Assembly (NCBI GenBank): GCA_043228905.1 | Contig: JBHGNT010000014.1 | Span: forward strand, 4,526,001 to 4,590,000 | Length of the DNA stretch: 64,000 nt | Origin: Azolla caroliniana | Taxonomy: Eukaryota; Plantae; Polypodiophyta | Direction of reading: 5' to 3' | Shown: positions 11,147 through 25,600 of the stretch, one piece after another | Layout: every line of letters starts with the position of its first letter | Position numbering within the stretch: the first letter of the stretch is position 1 | Translations under genes and position numbers: made by a program | The notes under the pieces: model-generated | What the model saw: the letters and a program-made list of their open reading frames with translations, nothing else | What the model was told of the DNA's origin: nothing | Database searches by the model: none

Positions 11147-13581
11147 GGTTTTAATCCTAAAAAAAGATGTTTGATTAGATTCACGTTGTGTGCTATAGTA
11201 CGGTAAAATATGATATTTTTTTCGGACTAATGTATGTTAAATGATGGATTGGGGGAGTGTCGAAAATGCCACAAAGATTCCGTTTGGGGTGATGATATGT
11301 GGTGTATTGTATGGGATAATATATTAAGATTTTGACATAGCACTATTACAATAAGATTTGTGTGATGGGTTAGTTAGTAGATTCTTGTTATATCCTTAAA
11401 AAAAGGCTTTTGAGTTTGATCCATTGATGCACAAAAAAAAAATCAAGGGGTTAAGAAAAAGAAAAAGTTCTATAAAATTATTGTTATCATTATTATATAT
11501 TTGTTTTACATTTATATATTTAATATATATTTATTAAAATAAAAGCTCCATAAATATTCTTTTATTTTATTTTCGTATACCCCTCTTGATCAAGATGGCC
11601 ATGCCCTAGAGGCGGCCTTACGTGTGGAGATCGCATCACTAGAGGTCGGCCACCTAATATACTATAGGTGATTCTCGATCATCTAATTTTCAAATTGACA
11701 TGGATTAATTGATGATCATGATATAATAGGAGAATGATCATTGACAATTAATGTTAATAAAGTTGGCCAATAGAATTAGGGCGATGATCGTTGAATGTCA
11801 ATAATCAATTGATCATCGACCCTATGATTATATCAAAGGGCCACAATCATCCATCACCACGGTTGCGTTTTAATTATATGGATGATTATATAGTTGATTA
11901 TATGGATAAGATCATCATCAATTATATAATGAATTGATGCAAAGGTGAGAGATAAGGGAAACATTTAGTTTTTTGAGAGGGGATCATGAGTGTGAGATGG
12001 ATGGGAAGAATATAGGGATGGGGATGTTTTGATCATCACCCTTGTTTGTTAGTAGTGCTTCTTATGGAAATCACAAACTATCCCCATCGACTTCCAAAAA
12101 GGGGATGTTTATTCCTAAAACCTAAACTAGGAATCCTCATTAACTAAACAGGGAGAATTTCCTAGTTTGGAAGAATTTAAGGGATTATAGGCTCTCAACC
12201 CGACTAATTGGCTACTCCTTGTCTTCGACTGTCAGCTCTTACTCAGCCGAACAATCGGCTCCTCCCATAGGAGGGACATATTCCTAATACGATAGAGATG
12301 TCATAGAAGGACAGACCCACCGGGCCAAATAGGAGATTTGTTGTTGGGTGGGGGATGAAGCCTAGAATGGTTTCAACCCCCTCCTAAGGGGGTTAAGTTC
12401 GAGAGAGAGCTAGAGAGAAAGACAAATACAAACTGACACCAAAATGAGAGGGAAAAAGTTATATTCATTAGATACCCCATAGGGGGTTTATATAATACAT
12501 CCAATGTAACGATTACATGACCGTTATAAATAAGACCATTACGCATTCTTGTACTCATGCACATAATTTTGCATGTGTCCATACACATACTCATCCTCAC
12601 ACACTCATTTACTTTACACATACACATCAACCACATCATTACACCTACCCTTATGCCTCATCGTATATTCTTACGGGTAACAAGATTCGACAAATAGTCG
12701 GATCCAACAGAGCCAGCGAACCCCCTATCGAATCCGAATCGGTAAGAGGTCCATTTGTTGAATTCTATTCAACGAAAAGATTAATAAGAGCCAAATAAGC
12801 AAAGATAGCTAAATAGGCCGGAGAGGGAAAATTGGCCGAAGCTAATAAAGCCAAGGGGAGCTGACCATGGCCAAGCTGAAAAGGATAGAGTCGAATCAAC
12901 CAAATTTCCTAAACAGACTAAGCTACTTAAAGGCAGAGCCTAACTAGCGAAGGCATCAATCCCTATGTCAATCAATCCTAAAGAAGGGGAGGATGATCCG
13001 GCAACAATGAACTATCGCAGGAGTGGATCATCCACACAGACTCCTAAAGACGGTTCATGTAATGTCAATTGGACACCAGAACCAATCGAAGAATCTGAAC
13101 CAACAAAATCGGTACCTAGGAGATCTAGATGACTAGGAAATCCTATAGATTTTTATCAATTGGGCGTTGAGTACGTCAACTACACGAATGCAGGCGAACC
13201 TAGCTCCAATGAGGAAGTTGTGGCCGCACCTGACACCTATTAGCCATGAGATCTGAGATTGACTCAATCAAGGAAAACAAGACTTGGGAGTTGGTCAATA
13301 CCAGCCGGGAGGAAGCCACAACCGTGCAAATGGGTCTACCGATACAAGTATTTATCTAGTTCGAAACGACCCAAGTACAAAGCTCAGCTCATCGACAAAG
13401 GTTTCAAATAGGCACATGGCGTTGACTACGACGAGATCTTCTCTCCAGTAGTCAAAATGACCACCCTTTAGTTCCTTCTACGGGTCATGGCGACGAAAGA
13501 CCTAGAGCTCGAACAACTGGACCTCAAGACAACTTTCGTTCACGGAGCGCTAGATGAAGACATTGATATGTCTCAACCGGC

Positions 13582-14015
13582 TGTCAGGAATAGTACTAAA
13601 TCAGAGAGAGAATTAGTATTAGAGAAGGGAAGTACTATTAGTACTAAGAGGACGAGACTGCGTAAAACTCCCGAGAGGGAGGAAAGAGAAGAGAAGAGAG
13701 AGAGAGAGAGAAAGAGAGATGATGATAACAAATGATATATTATAGGAAGAGCAAGTACAAGATGGCTATGAGGCTTAAGACTGGCGTTGAACTAATTTGG
13801 TTCAAAATAATTCCTAGTGCCTTCTTTTATAGTGTTCTCAGGAGTAATCCTGAAGCTTCTAGAATGTTCCAGAGAAATCAAGAATATACATTAATTTCCT
13901 ATAATAAAACTTAAACGAAAATAATATTCTACGTATTACAATAGATGGTATAATGGTCAAGAGCTCGACCCATATAACATAAGGTCATGGGTTCGAGTCT
14001 TGCCATATCATGACA
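13582..14015 (-). repeat. 3' LTR of gypsy B
   Basis: Direct repeat of 32838-33313. Confidence 0.92.
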
Positions 14016-15140
14016 CTATCTCCCCCCTTAAGACGACGAGTGGAACGAGTCGACGCTGATTGCAGACTGGGTTTGTCCGGATACTTTCAGTGGAACTCAG
14101 CAAGAAGATCCTGAGCATTGGCGACATGCTCGACGGGTTCCCAAGTACATTCGCCTGGACTATAGTCGAGCCAATCGACCAAATAATAAAGTTTGTTGCG
14201 AACAAGTTTGGAATCGAGGACGGTAGCAACTTCATACTCTGGGGGGGCGGTAGTGGTGTAACACGATCGGGAATAGAGTTTGCTTTATAAGGTTCAAGAA
14301 GAGAGCTATGGAAAACCGGAGGGAGATCAAGGCAGAACGTGACATCATTAACCTTACTAGTAATACGGAAGGGACCGAGTCATCGATAATCCAACTTGTC
14401 GCACGGTCGAGTAGTCTTGACGTGACGACGTAAGAGCCATAAGCCAATGATGATCCGCATAAGTCTTCTGTGTGTGTTGAGCATGACGAAGATGAGTAGA
14501 GAGATCCATCTAGATCTTGTGTAACCTCTCCAAATGATCCTCGACATAAGGATTGGTAGGTAGCTCTAGGGTGTCGATCACCGACCAGTGAGGATGAGAA
14601 CCGGTATAAGCGTAACATGGGGATACCCGAGTCGAAAAGTGAACAAAATTATTATATGCAAAATCCGCAAAGTGGAGAATCTCGGCCCAATCGTCCTTTT
14701 GATAACTTAGAAAGCACCAAAGATATTGTTCCAGACTTTGGTTTGTTCATTCTGCTTGACCATCAGTCTGGGGATGGTAGCCGGAGGAGAGGTTGCAAGA
14801 GACCTTGAGCATCTTGAAGAGATACTGCCAAAATTTGGAGACGAATTGAGGTCCTCGGTCACTGATGATACTCTCTTGGAGGCCATGATGCCAAAATACC
14901 TCATGCATGACAAGGACGGCGGTTTCCTTGCTAGTGATGGCCTTGGTACACGACACAAAATGTGCCATCTTAGTATATCAATCACGACAGTTAAGATAGC
15001 ATCGAACCCCTTCGAGACCGGCAGATCTGTGAATAAAACAAGACAAATAGACTGCCATGGCTCACTTGGAATCGGTAAGGGTTCCAACAAGCCATATGGA
15101 TGGTGTCGGGGCATCTTTGCTCGACAACAAGCATAACAAG

Positions 15141-15596
15141 TATTAGAGACATGTACTAAAGTAATCATTAGATAAGGATAGATCTAGGTAGATAGAAAGA
15201 AAGGAGAGAGAGAAAGAAGGGTGCCGATCCACCCGACCACCCCCGAGCGAAGGGATCGAGACGGACTTGAGCCTCGATCGGCGTCCCATACCACCGCTGC
15301 GGCGTCGAGTCGTACCTGGTGCTGGCACACTCGCTACAAGAGTTGACCCACCACAAGACAGAGTCTTGACGTAGTCCAACAAGATAATGAAATGAAGGTA
15401 GCTAGGCCTCTATTTATAGCGATACCCAAGGCCCCTAGCCATGTTCACACTTGGCCTAATGGGTTGTCTCAATCCCGAGGATTAAAAGTAATCCTCCCTT
15501 TCTTTACACTCTCGTTTAACCCTCACACTTATCCACGTGTATAGAATACTACGATAAATTCTCACCACAGGATATTATATGGTCATGCCCGTAACA
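15141..15596 (-). repeat. 3' LTR of gypsy C
   Basis: Direct repeat of 21693-22139 plus 29264-29272. Confidence 0.92.
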
Positions 15597-15610
15597 TACT
15601 CCCCCTCTTT

Positions 15611-18600
15611 AAAACATTGCACTCTTGCAATGGAAAGTTAGGGAAGTTAGTTCTGAGAGTATTTTTGCGTTCCCATGTGGCATCTTTTATTGATTTATCC
15701 ATTCATTTTATTTTAAATTCTCGAATTTCTTTAGTACGTAATTTTTTTGTTTTAACATCGAGAATTCTTTCTGGTACATGTGGTTTAGAAGATAATTCTT
15801 CAGAAGTAACCAGAGTTTTAGTTGTAATTGTATTATCGCCAGAACCTAGAAGTTCTTTTAGACGACTCACATGAAAGACTGGATGAATTCCAACACCATC
15901 GGGAAGGGCGAGACGATAGGCTGATGACTCAATGCGTTTGAGGACTGTAAAAGGTCCACAAAACCGTGGGGCTAACTTAGTGCACTTACCCGTAGACAAT
16001 GTCTTAGAATTGTGAGGTACACGTAAAAATACCTTTTGTCCAGGGTTGAATACACGAGGTTGCCTATGATGATCGACATAAAAACACGCTCTATCTTGAG
16101 CTGTTTTTATATTATCTCGTGCAATATGCAACATATCTTGCATATCCTGAAGAATGTTTTGCGTACTTCGCAACTCATCATGATGTATATTAACATCAAT
16201 TGGGGCTCATGGCTGAAAATCATACATCAACATAAAAGGACTATATCTCGTCGACGTATGCTTGGAGTTGTTATAAGCAAACTCCAAAATTGGGAGATAA
16301 CGTTCCCATTTTGTTGGTTTTGCACCAACATATGCTCGAAGCATGTCCTCAATAATTTGATTTACTCGTTCTGTTTGTCCATCGGATTGAGGATGATCCG
16401 TGGAGCTCATGCTCAACGTAGTTTCTAACTTCTTAAAGACTTGCGTCCAGAAGTGACTAGTAAATTTTGGATCTTGATCACTCACGATATCTATCGGTAA
16501 CCCATAAAAACGAAATAACTCGTCAACGAATTGGTAAGCCAATTCAGGAGTTGTTACCGTGGTTTTAGTAGCAATAAATCTGGCCATTTTAGTTAGTCGA
16601 TCAACCACAACCCAGATGGCATCATGGCCTTTTTTGGGTGCGAGGAAGGCTAACAATAAAATCCATGGATATACTTTCCCACTTATTATTGGGAATGTCC
16701 AAGGGATGTAAAAGTCCTGCGGCTTTAAGTCGCTCGGCTTTGTTAACCTGACATTGGTGACATTTAGTCACATAGCTATGTATGTCAGGGCGCATCTTAG
16801 GCCAATAAAATTGAGTGGAGATGAGAACGAGTGTACGATGTATTCCAGGGTGCCTTGCTGAGGGTGCATCATGGCATTAAAAAAGAATCCTCTTTTTGAC
16901 CTCGGGTAAATCTGGAACACAAACCCTCCCATTACGGTAGAGTAGACCATTAGCAATGTGGAAGTATTCCTTCGAGGATGTGGTGGTGTTTGTTCCAGAC
17001 TCAACTCTTGCCCAATATTTTGCGAAATAACTATCATCAGGATACTTTCCTCGAAGGTGATCATAAAGATCTGATGTTATTTCAGTGAAGCTAAGCATGT
17101 TAACTTCACGGATGTGACTTAGTGCATCAACGACGGTATTCATGGAACCTTTACAATATCGTATGGAAAAATCAAAGTCTAGGATGAGATCAACCCATCG
17201 TGCCTTACGACCTTTCAAGTCTTTTTGGTCACAAAAATATTTCAAGGACTCGTGGTCCGTAGTTACCATAAAGCGATTTCCATAAAGATAATGACGCCAT
17301 GTTTTGAGCGCATGTATAACTGCAAATAATTCCTTTTCTTGAACGGTATACCGACATTGAGCAGAATCAAGTTTCTTACTCTCGAATGCTATTGGTTTAC
17401 CATCTTGATATAAGGCAACACCTATAGCATAATCGCTTGCATCGGTATCAACCTCAAAAGGTTTTGAAGGATCGGGTAAAAGAAGTGAAGGAGCCTTGCA
17501 TACCATGTCCTTGAGTTCCTTAAAGGTGAGGTCTAGTGTAGCATTCCACACAATAGGTTTTGTAGACTTACGCGTTTGACCTTTCAGAAGATCAGTAAAC
17601 GGTGTCGCCAATTGGGAGTAATTACGAAGAGATTTTCGCAAAAACCCGACAAAACCAAGGAATGATCGAACTTCTCGAATATTTCGAAGAGTGGGCCAAA
17701 GCTTGATTTTCTCAATGCGAGAAGGATCAATTTCAACGCCTCGTTCAGTTATGAGATGTCCAAGATAAGTAATTGATTTCTTGAAGAACTCACATTTTGC
17801 TCATCTTCGCATAAAACTGTTTGTCACGCAATGTTTGTAAAACAAAGCGGACATGTTTAACATGTTCTCGTAATGTACGGCTATAAACTAAAATATCATC
17901 CAAGAAAATAACGACAAATTTTCCAAGTTGTTCTCGGAAAATGTCATTCATTTCTTGTTGAAATGTAGCCGGAGCATTGGTCAAACCAAAAGGCATAACC
18001 AAAAACTCATAATGGCCATAACACGTATGAAATGCTATTTTAGGAACATCGTCCTCACACGAATTTGATGGTAGACAGTACGGAGATCAAGTTTCGTAAA
18101 ATACCAAGCTCCTTGGAGACGGTCAATTAGATCGTCAGCCCGGGGCAATGGATACAAAATCTTGATTGTCACTTTATTCAAGCGTCGGTAATTAATACAC
18201 ATACGCCATGTGCCCTGTTTCTTTTTAACCAAGAGAACTGGTGCACCCCATGGAGATTTACTATAATGTATATAACCCATTCGTAAATAGTCCTTGAGTT
18301 GCTTAGATACCTCATCCTCTTCGGATCGACTTAAGCAATAAGGAGGTATACTTATTGGTGCAACACTAGGTACAATATCTATACAATGGTCTATATTACG
18401 TTTAGGAGGTAAGCCATCTAGTAGTTCACTCGGAAAAACACCACGAAAATCATTTAAGATTTCATCAAGTTGTTGTTGTTCAAAATATGTTAATTGAACT
18501 GAGACATTATCGATATTGTAAACGTGAATGTCCGGATCAAGTACACAATAAAATAGAGTAGAACAAGACAACTCGGATATTGATGGACACGAGGAAACAA

Positions 18601-20014
18601 TCGAGAGGGATTGTTTTTTGACACATTGCATAAAATCAGTACAGTCGTTCAGTACAAATGTAATCGAATGATGAACCTAATCAATAGATAAAGAAGAGTT
18701 TTTATTATAAAACCAGGGATAACCCAGTATTACATCAGTGGTACAAAGATTCATTACATGGAAGTCTACTTCCTCTATATAAGTATCAATAGAAATTCCT
18801 AATGAATGAATCGCCCCGTTGATGTATTGTACTCTTCCATCAACCAAGTGCACCGTGTAGGTGTGATCACTTACGGTGGGTTGGATTCCCCATATCTGAA
18901 CCAAACGATCATTGATAAAGTTGTGCGAGCTTCCCGAATCAAATAAAAATTGTACGGGAGATCCATTGATATACCCGTTTGCACGTAGTAAATCATTGGG
19001 ACCCAATACATAGTGAGGGAAAGAACATTGACAATTACTTAAATGATGTGTATAGACCTGAAGGACATTAGGAATCTGACCTTTATGGTCTGCAACTTTA
19101 GCTTTGTCGTCGTACTCTTTCCATTGGAGCTTTCGACATTGATCTTTTGTATGACCCTTCTTTTTGTAGAATACGCAAAAAGGATGTTGTCACTTACAAT
19201 CGCGATCCATTAATTCGTTGGGTGTCTTGTGTTTCCTAGGGAATTGCGACTGCTTAATCCCGGGCGCTTCGTTGGGTTTATTGTGGTCCTTTTTCGAAGT
19301 GCGTTGATAGCGAAGAACTATTTCAACGGCCTCTTCGAAGGATTTTGGATCCTTATCGTGCATTATCCAGTGATAGACCGAATTGGGGATGCCATTGACA
19401 AAACAAGCTATTAACCAGTTGTCCCCTTCTAGACCCGATGTTTGAATTTGGGTTCTAGCATGGTGGACATAGTCTTCTAGAGAGGAAAACTTCCTACTAG
19501 AGAGGTTCATTAAAGCTTGTGTTGCCTCGGTTTGAGAGGGAGGTTGCAGAAATTGGCCCTTGAAAACTGTGACAAAATTTGTCCAGGTATCGGGCAATTT
19601 CCCCAAAGTACGGAACCCACGCCACCAAGCGGCGGCCTTACCCCCTAGTTCTCGGCCGACATATGCAATCTTCGTACTATTTGGCGTGGGATAGAGCTCA
19701 AAATGAGACTCCCATCGGCCCAGCCACGTGCAGATTGCTTCTTCGGTTCTTTCCTTTTTGTCTCCCGTAAATGGCTTAACGACAAACGATGGTTCACCCT
19801 GTCACTCATCAGGTCTATTAGTCTCACGTTGTAGACTAATGACACGTGCCTCGAGAGCACTTTGAGATTGCCGAAGTTCGGTCATCTGTTGAGCGGTGAA
19901 ACTAAGGTATTGGGTTATTTGTGAAAAATACATCTCAATGGACATTTGTCCAGGAGGATTCCCTTGAGTTCCTTCCGCTTGAGCGGATGACATCGGGTCG
20001 TTATTTTGAGCCAT
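15611..20014 (-). pseudogene. Degenerate gag-pol of gypsy C
   Basis: Fragment ORFs with LFDSGSSHNF protease, [24 protein letters not shown] RNase H, HPQSDGQTER integrase and a VPERILD chromodomain-like end. Confidence 0.9.
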
Positions 20015-21190
20015 TGAATGGTTATTTCTGAAAAAGAAATAGGATAAGGTCAGAGAGATAGTCATAACATCATGTTGTGATGTAAACATATCATGGCCAA
20101 ACATTAATTGATATCATGATCTCACGTCAATACCCCTCTAGACGTATGAGATGAGGTTCAAGATCAGGTTACTATGGTAACACATAGGTGTTTTAAAAAC
20201 CATGGGGGTGACAATTTAATGTCTTTCCCTGATCTCTATATCGATTTTTTCATGGTGGCTCCCCGAGGCTCAACCATGTATGTTCGTGTCATGAATAGTT
20301 TATACACGAAAAAAATGTTAACAATAAACTATGTTTCTACGCCCACATATGTGGTTTCGACTCTTTAAGTCCTATTACGAGGACCCCGAAGTGCACTTAG
20401 ACCTCAAGTCTAAACTTGTGTTATAGTCATATGTATCAACGATGTTGTATGGTCTTGGTCATATTTGAACTTGAGACCTCCAGAACAAATACATTAAACA
20501 CTTGAGCCAACCAAGTAGGTTGTTCTTCTTGAATGTTTAATGTTTCATGCGTATAAGAGATATGCGAGGCATTTGCCCATATATGTTTTTTTAAAAGAAA
20601 CATATATGTCAAGAGTCCTTATTTCGCCCTCATTTACTACAACTATGTTGGTACGTTACCTAACCTCAAGTCTCATAATTATGATGGCATACGCCAAAGT
20701 GCAACCTAATGGTCAAGCCAAATGAGCCCTCTTTTCGTAGTAGGCCCACGTGGCCCATCACATGGTCACGTCATTACGAATGCCTCTCGTAAGAATGATC
20801 TCATGGTGGCATCGTATCCATGTAATGAGGGAGGGATGTTGGATACGTGTGTCATAAGAGTGACCTCACATGAAGTGGGTCAAACCCTACGTACTCAACA
20901 TCATTATGGCAATTGGTGTTCTTTACGTAACGAAATATCGAAGTCACCAACGGGGATTTCAACAATAAAATATTGTTGAAAAAAAAGGATGGTGACAACA
21001 CGATTCTCACAAAAATGTGAGGATGGCCACCAAGAACCTTTCCCCGAAAAGGAAAACATTCGATTTAAAATCACGTAATAACTTATATACACATATGTAT
21101 ATTATCACATATATACAATTAACTACGTATACACATGACCACATATGCCTATATTAATAGCCAAAAATGACGTAATCGAGATACGTAATC

Positions 21191-21434
21191 GAGGCATATA
21201 CCTCTACGCACACGAGACATCCAAAAATAAGGGTTCAACGTAATACGCAATTGAGGTATTGACCTCTTACGCATACGAGACCAAACACATATCATTTACA
21301 ACAAAATCGAGGTGTTGACCTCATACGCAAACGTAACATATGTTCGTGAACGTAATACGTAATTGAGGTATTAACCTCGTATGCATACGACACTCATCAC
21401 ATATTATTTATATGTCAAACAAGGTATTGACCTC
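21191..21434. repeat. Five-unit ~56-bp tandem repeat, each unit with a GAGGT-N4-ACCTC hairpin, in the leader of C
   Basis: Hairpin cores start at 21191, 21253, 21309, 21365 and 21421. Confidence 0.8.
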
Positions 21435-21692
21435 GTGCACATATGCAAACTTTTTAGATAACCAATTAAATACCACTACAACATCATTTAATTAATGAAA
21501 ATAATCTACATATTAACCATACACATGATTAGATGGGAGAAGAAAAAATAGACAAAAAATAACAAGAAAGATTACCGAAGTTCCTTGTTGATCCTTGTCT
21601 GCATGAAGGCCAACCGCACAACGATCGATCGCCATCCATTGACAAGATAAGACCAACAAAAGAAACATTAGTACATAGGCTCGGATACCAAA

Positions 21693-22139
21693 TATTAGAG
21701 ACATGTACTAAAGTAAGCATTAGATAAGGATAGATCTAGGTAGATAGAAAGAAAGGAGAGAGAGAAAGAAGGATGCCGATCCACCTGACCACCCCCGAGT
21801 GAAAGGATCGAGACGGACTCGAGCCTCGATCGGCGTCCCATACCACTGCCGTTGCATCGAGTCGTACCTGGTGCTGGCGCGCTCGCTACAAGAGTTGACC
21901 CACCACAAGACAAAGTCACGACGTAGTCCAACAAGATAATGAAATGAGGGTAGTTAGGCCTCTATTTATAGCGATACCCAAGGCCCCCAACCATGTTCAC
22001 ACTTAGCCTAATGGGTTGTCTCAATCCCGAGGATTAAAAGTAATCTTCCCCTTCTTTACACTCTCGTTTAACCCTCACACTTATCCACGTGTATAGAATC
22101 CTACGGTAAATTCTCACCATGGGATATTATATGGTCATG
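21693..22139 (-). repeat. 5' LTR of gypsy C (interrupted by D near its outer end)
   Basis: Matches 15141-15587; the remainder CCCGTAACA is at 29264-29272. Confidence 0.92.
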
Positions 22140-22603
22140 TGTTAAGAGTCTATTACTAATCAATAGACCAAATCAAGTAAAAAGGAAGAAAATAGATTGG
22201 ATAGAAGAACCTGTTCCACCCGACCACCCCCGAGCTATGATCTAGACATAGCCAACCTACCACCCATACCGCCGGATATTAGGATGACTAATACCTTGGA
22301 AGAGATAAACACGATCGTCGAGACGAAAGCCTAGCCCGCACCACCGGTGTCTACGACAGCAGCCTTCCGACGTGATCCCTATGAGGGTAGCTAAGCCTCA
22401 TATTTATACCTTTTCCTAGGCCCCTTGAATAGATGTGCCTTTCTAAAAGGCTCTCTATTCATTGGTTGTCTAAATCATGATAGTGCATGCACATATCATT
22501 CATTCTATCCAATCATTAGTCCCCTTTTTAATAATAGTGAACATACCCTTCACTAATGTAAATATTAGTGACCTACCCTCACCAACGTTATGTGTACATA
22601 ACA
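22140..22603 (-). repeat. 3' LTR of gypsy D
   Basis: TGTTAAG..CATAACA, repeat of 28788-29258. Confidence 0.94.
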
Positions 22604-22652
22604 TACTCCCCTACTTCAAAAGATTGCACTCTTGCAATATAAAGTGAGGAAA

Positions 22653-25600
22653 TTATGCCTTAAGCGAATGCTCGCGTTCCCATGTGGCATCATCAATAGG
22701 TTTATCCATCCATTTGATCTTGAATAGCCGAATCTCTTTAGAACGTAAACGTTTAGTACGAGAATCAAGAATTCGTTCAGGAACATGAGGTTTGTAAGAA
22801 AAATCCTCTAATGTTACAAGATCTTGGATTGTGATGGTGTTATCACCAGAGCCTAAAAATGGTTTTAGACGACTGACGTGAAAAACAGGATGAATACCAA
22901 CGTTACGAGGTAAGGCAAGGTGATAAGCAGATGACCCAACTCGCTTAAGGATCTCAAATGGGCCACAATATCGTGGGGCTAACTTAGCGCACTTGCCCGT
23001 AGATAATGACGTAGAATCAGTCGGGACACGCAAAAAAACTTTTTGACCAATAGTAAATGCACGAGGACGTCTATCCTGATCAGCATAAAATCGAGCACGA
23101 TCTTGAGCTGTCTTGACATTTTCTTTGGCAATATGCAACATTTGGTTCATGTCTTGCAAAAAATTGCGTGTATTGTCTAATGTATCACGATGAATCGTGA
23201 CATCAACTGGGGCACGTGGCTGAAAACCATACATCAACATAAAAGGACTATATCCAGTGGATGTATGTTTAGAGCTATTATAGGCAAATTCTAAGATAGG
23301 AAGGTATTGCTCCCACTTAGAAGGGGTTTTTGCTACATAAGCTCGAAGCATGTCCTCAATAATTTGATTAACTCGTTCAGTTTGTCCATCAGACTGAGGA
23401 TGATCTGCGGAACTCATGCTCAACGTAGTTTCTAGTTTCTTAAAGACCTAAGTCCAAAAGTCACTAGTAAACTTGGAATCTCGATCACTAACAATATCCA
23501 TCGGTAATCCATAAAAACGAAATAACTCAACAACAAATTGATAAGCCAACTGTTGAGCGGTTACCGTGGTTTTTGTAGGAATAAATCTAGCTAATTTTGT
23601 TAGCCTGCCAACGACAACCCATATGGCATCATGACCCCTCTGTGTACGAGGTAAACTAACAATAAAATCCATCGAGATACTTTCCCATTTATTGTTGGGA
23701 ATATCTAAGGGATGTAAAAGACCAGCAGCTTTAAGTCGTTCCGACTTATTAATCTGACATTGTAAGCATTGAGTTACGTATTTATGCACGTCAGAGCGCA
23801 TCTTAGGCTAGAAAAAAGTACACGAGATGAGAACGAGTGTGCGTTGTATTCCAGGATGACCAGCAGATGGTGCATCATGACATTCATGAAAAATTTTCTG
23901 TTTAACATTTGGTAAATCTGGAACACAGACCTTTCCACTACGGTAGAGCAAACCGTTTGTAATGTGAAAGGTCGCCTTCGAGGGTAGGGTGCTAGTATCG
24001 GCATCTAAACCAGATTCGGCTTTCGTCCAGTATTTTGAGAAATAACTGTCATCAAGGTATTTCCCTCGAAGGTGATCTAAAAGATCAGATTTTATTTCCG
24101 TGAAGCTAAGCATGTTAACTTCTTTAATGCGACTAAGAGCATTAGCAACGGTGTTCATAGAACCCTTGCGATATTGTATGGAAAAATCAAAATCTTGCAT
24201 AAGGTCAGCCCAACGGCCTTTACGACCAACAAGATCGGGCTGGTCACAAAAATACTTTAATGATTGATGGTCTGTTGTAACCACAAATTTATTTCCATAG
24301 AGATAGTGCCTCCATGTTTTAAGTGCGTGTATCACCGCAAACAACTCTTTCTCTTGAACCGAATACCGAGATTGAGCAGCATCAAGCTTCTTACTTTCAA
24401 AAGCAATAGGGTGACCACCTTGATAAAGAACGGCACCAATAGCATAATCACTAGCATCGGTTTCAATTGAGAAAGGCTTAGAAGGGTTTGGTAATAGAAG
24501 AGTGGGAGCCTGACACACATGCTCCTTGAGTGTCTCAAATGATTTGTCAAGTTGTTCATTCCATGAAATTGGTTTGACAGACTTACGTGGATGACCTTTT
24601 AAAAGGTCAGTTAATGGCGTAGTCAATTTGGAATAGTTACGAATTGATTTTCGTAAAAATCCAACAAACCCTAAGAATGATCTAAGTTCACGAATATTAC
24701 GAGGAATGGGCCAAAGTTTAACCTTTTCAATACGAGAAGGTTCAATTTCAACGCCATTTTCTGTAATTAAATGACCTAGGTACACAATAGATTTTTGGAA
24801 GAAGTCACATTTTGAATGTTTTGCATAGAAAGAGTTGTCACGCAACTTTCGCAAAACAAATCGAACATGTTGAACATGATCTTGCAAGGTACGGCTATAT
24901 ATCAAAATATCATCCAAGAAGACGACAACAAAATCACCGAGTTGATCTCGGAAAACATCATTCATCGCTTGTTGGAATGTGGCTGGAGCATTAGTCAACC
25001 CAAACGGCATGACTAAAACCTCATAATGGCCATAGCGCGTACGAAAAGCGGTTTTAGGAATATCATCCTCGGCGATGCGAATCTGATGATAACCAGTTCA
25101 TAAGTCAATTTTTGTAAAATATCGAGCCCCGTGCAAACGATCAATCAAATCATCGGCACGAGGTAATGGATATGCATTCTTAATTGTCATTTTATTCAAA
25201 CGGCGATAATTGATACACATTCGCCACGAACCTTCCTTCTTCTTGACTAATAGAACTGGCGCACCCCAAGGTGATTTACTATACCTAATGTGGCCCATAC
25301 TCAAGTATTCCTTAAGTTGTTTAGCGATCTCATCCTCTTCTAATCGACTAAGTCGGTAAGGTGGAATGCTCACAGGAGCAGCCCCAGGGATGAGTTCAAT
25401 TTGATGGTCCACATTACGTTTAGGTGGTAAAGTAAGCGGTAATTCAATAGGAAACACATCTTGAAAATCCTCTAAAATAGAGTCGAGTACTCGTTGCTCA
25501 AAATGTGGTAATTGTGTGGCGTCAATATTAAAATAATAAAATTGAACCGCAGGATCAATTACACACGAATAAATTAATGAACTAGAATACTCACTTAAAG

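Noticed and set aside
11147-13270. Possible additional element ends or a gene in AT-rich DNA
   Set aside because: I could not support a paired LTR, TIR, TSD or recognisable protein motif.
21191-21434. CRISPR-like appearance (palindromic repeats with spacers)
   Set aside because: The context is a eukaryotic retrotransposon leader, the spacers resemble one another, the repeats are degenerate and no cas genes are present.
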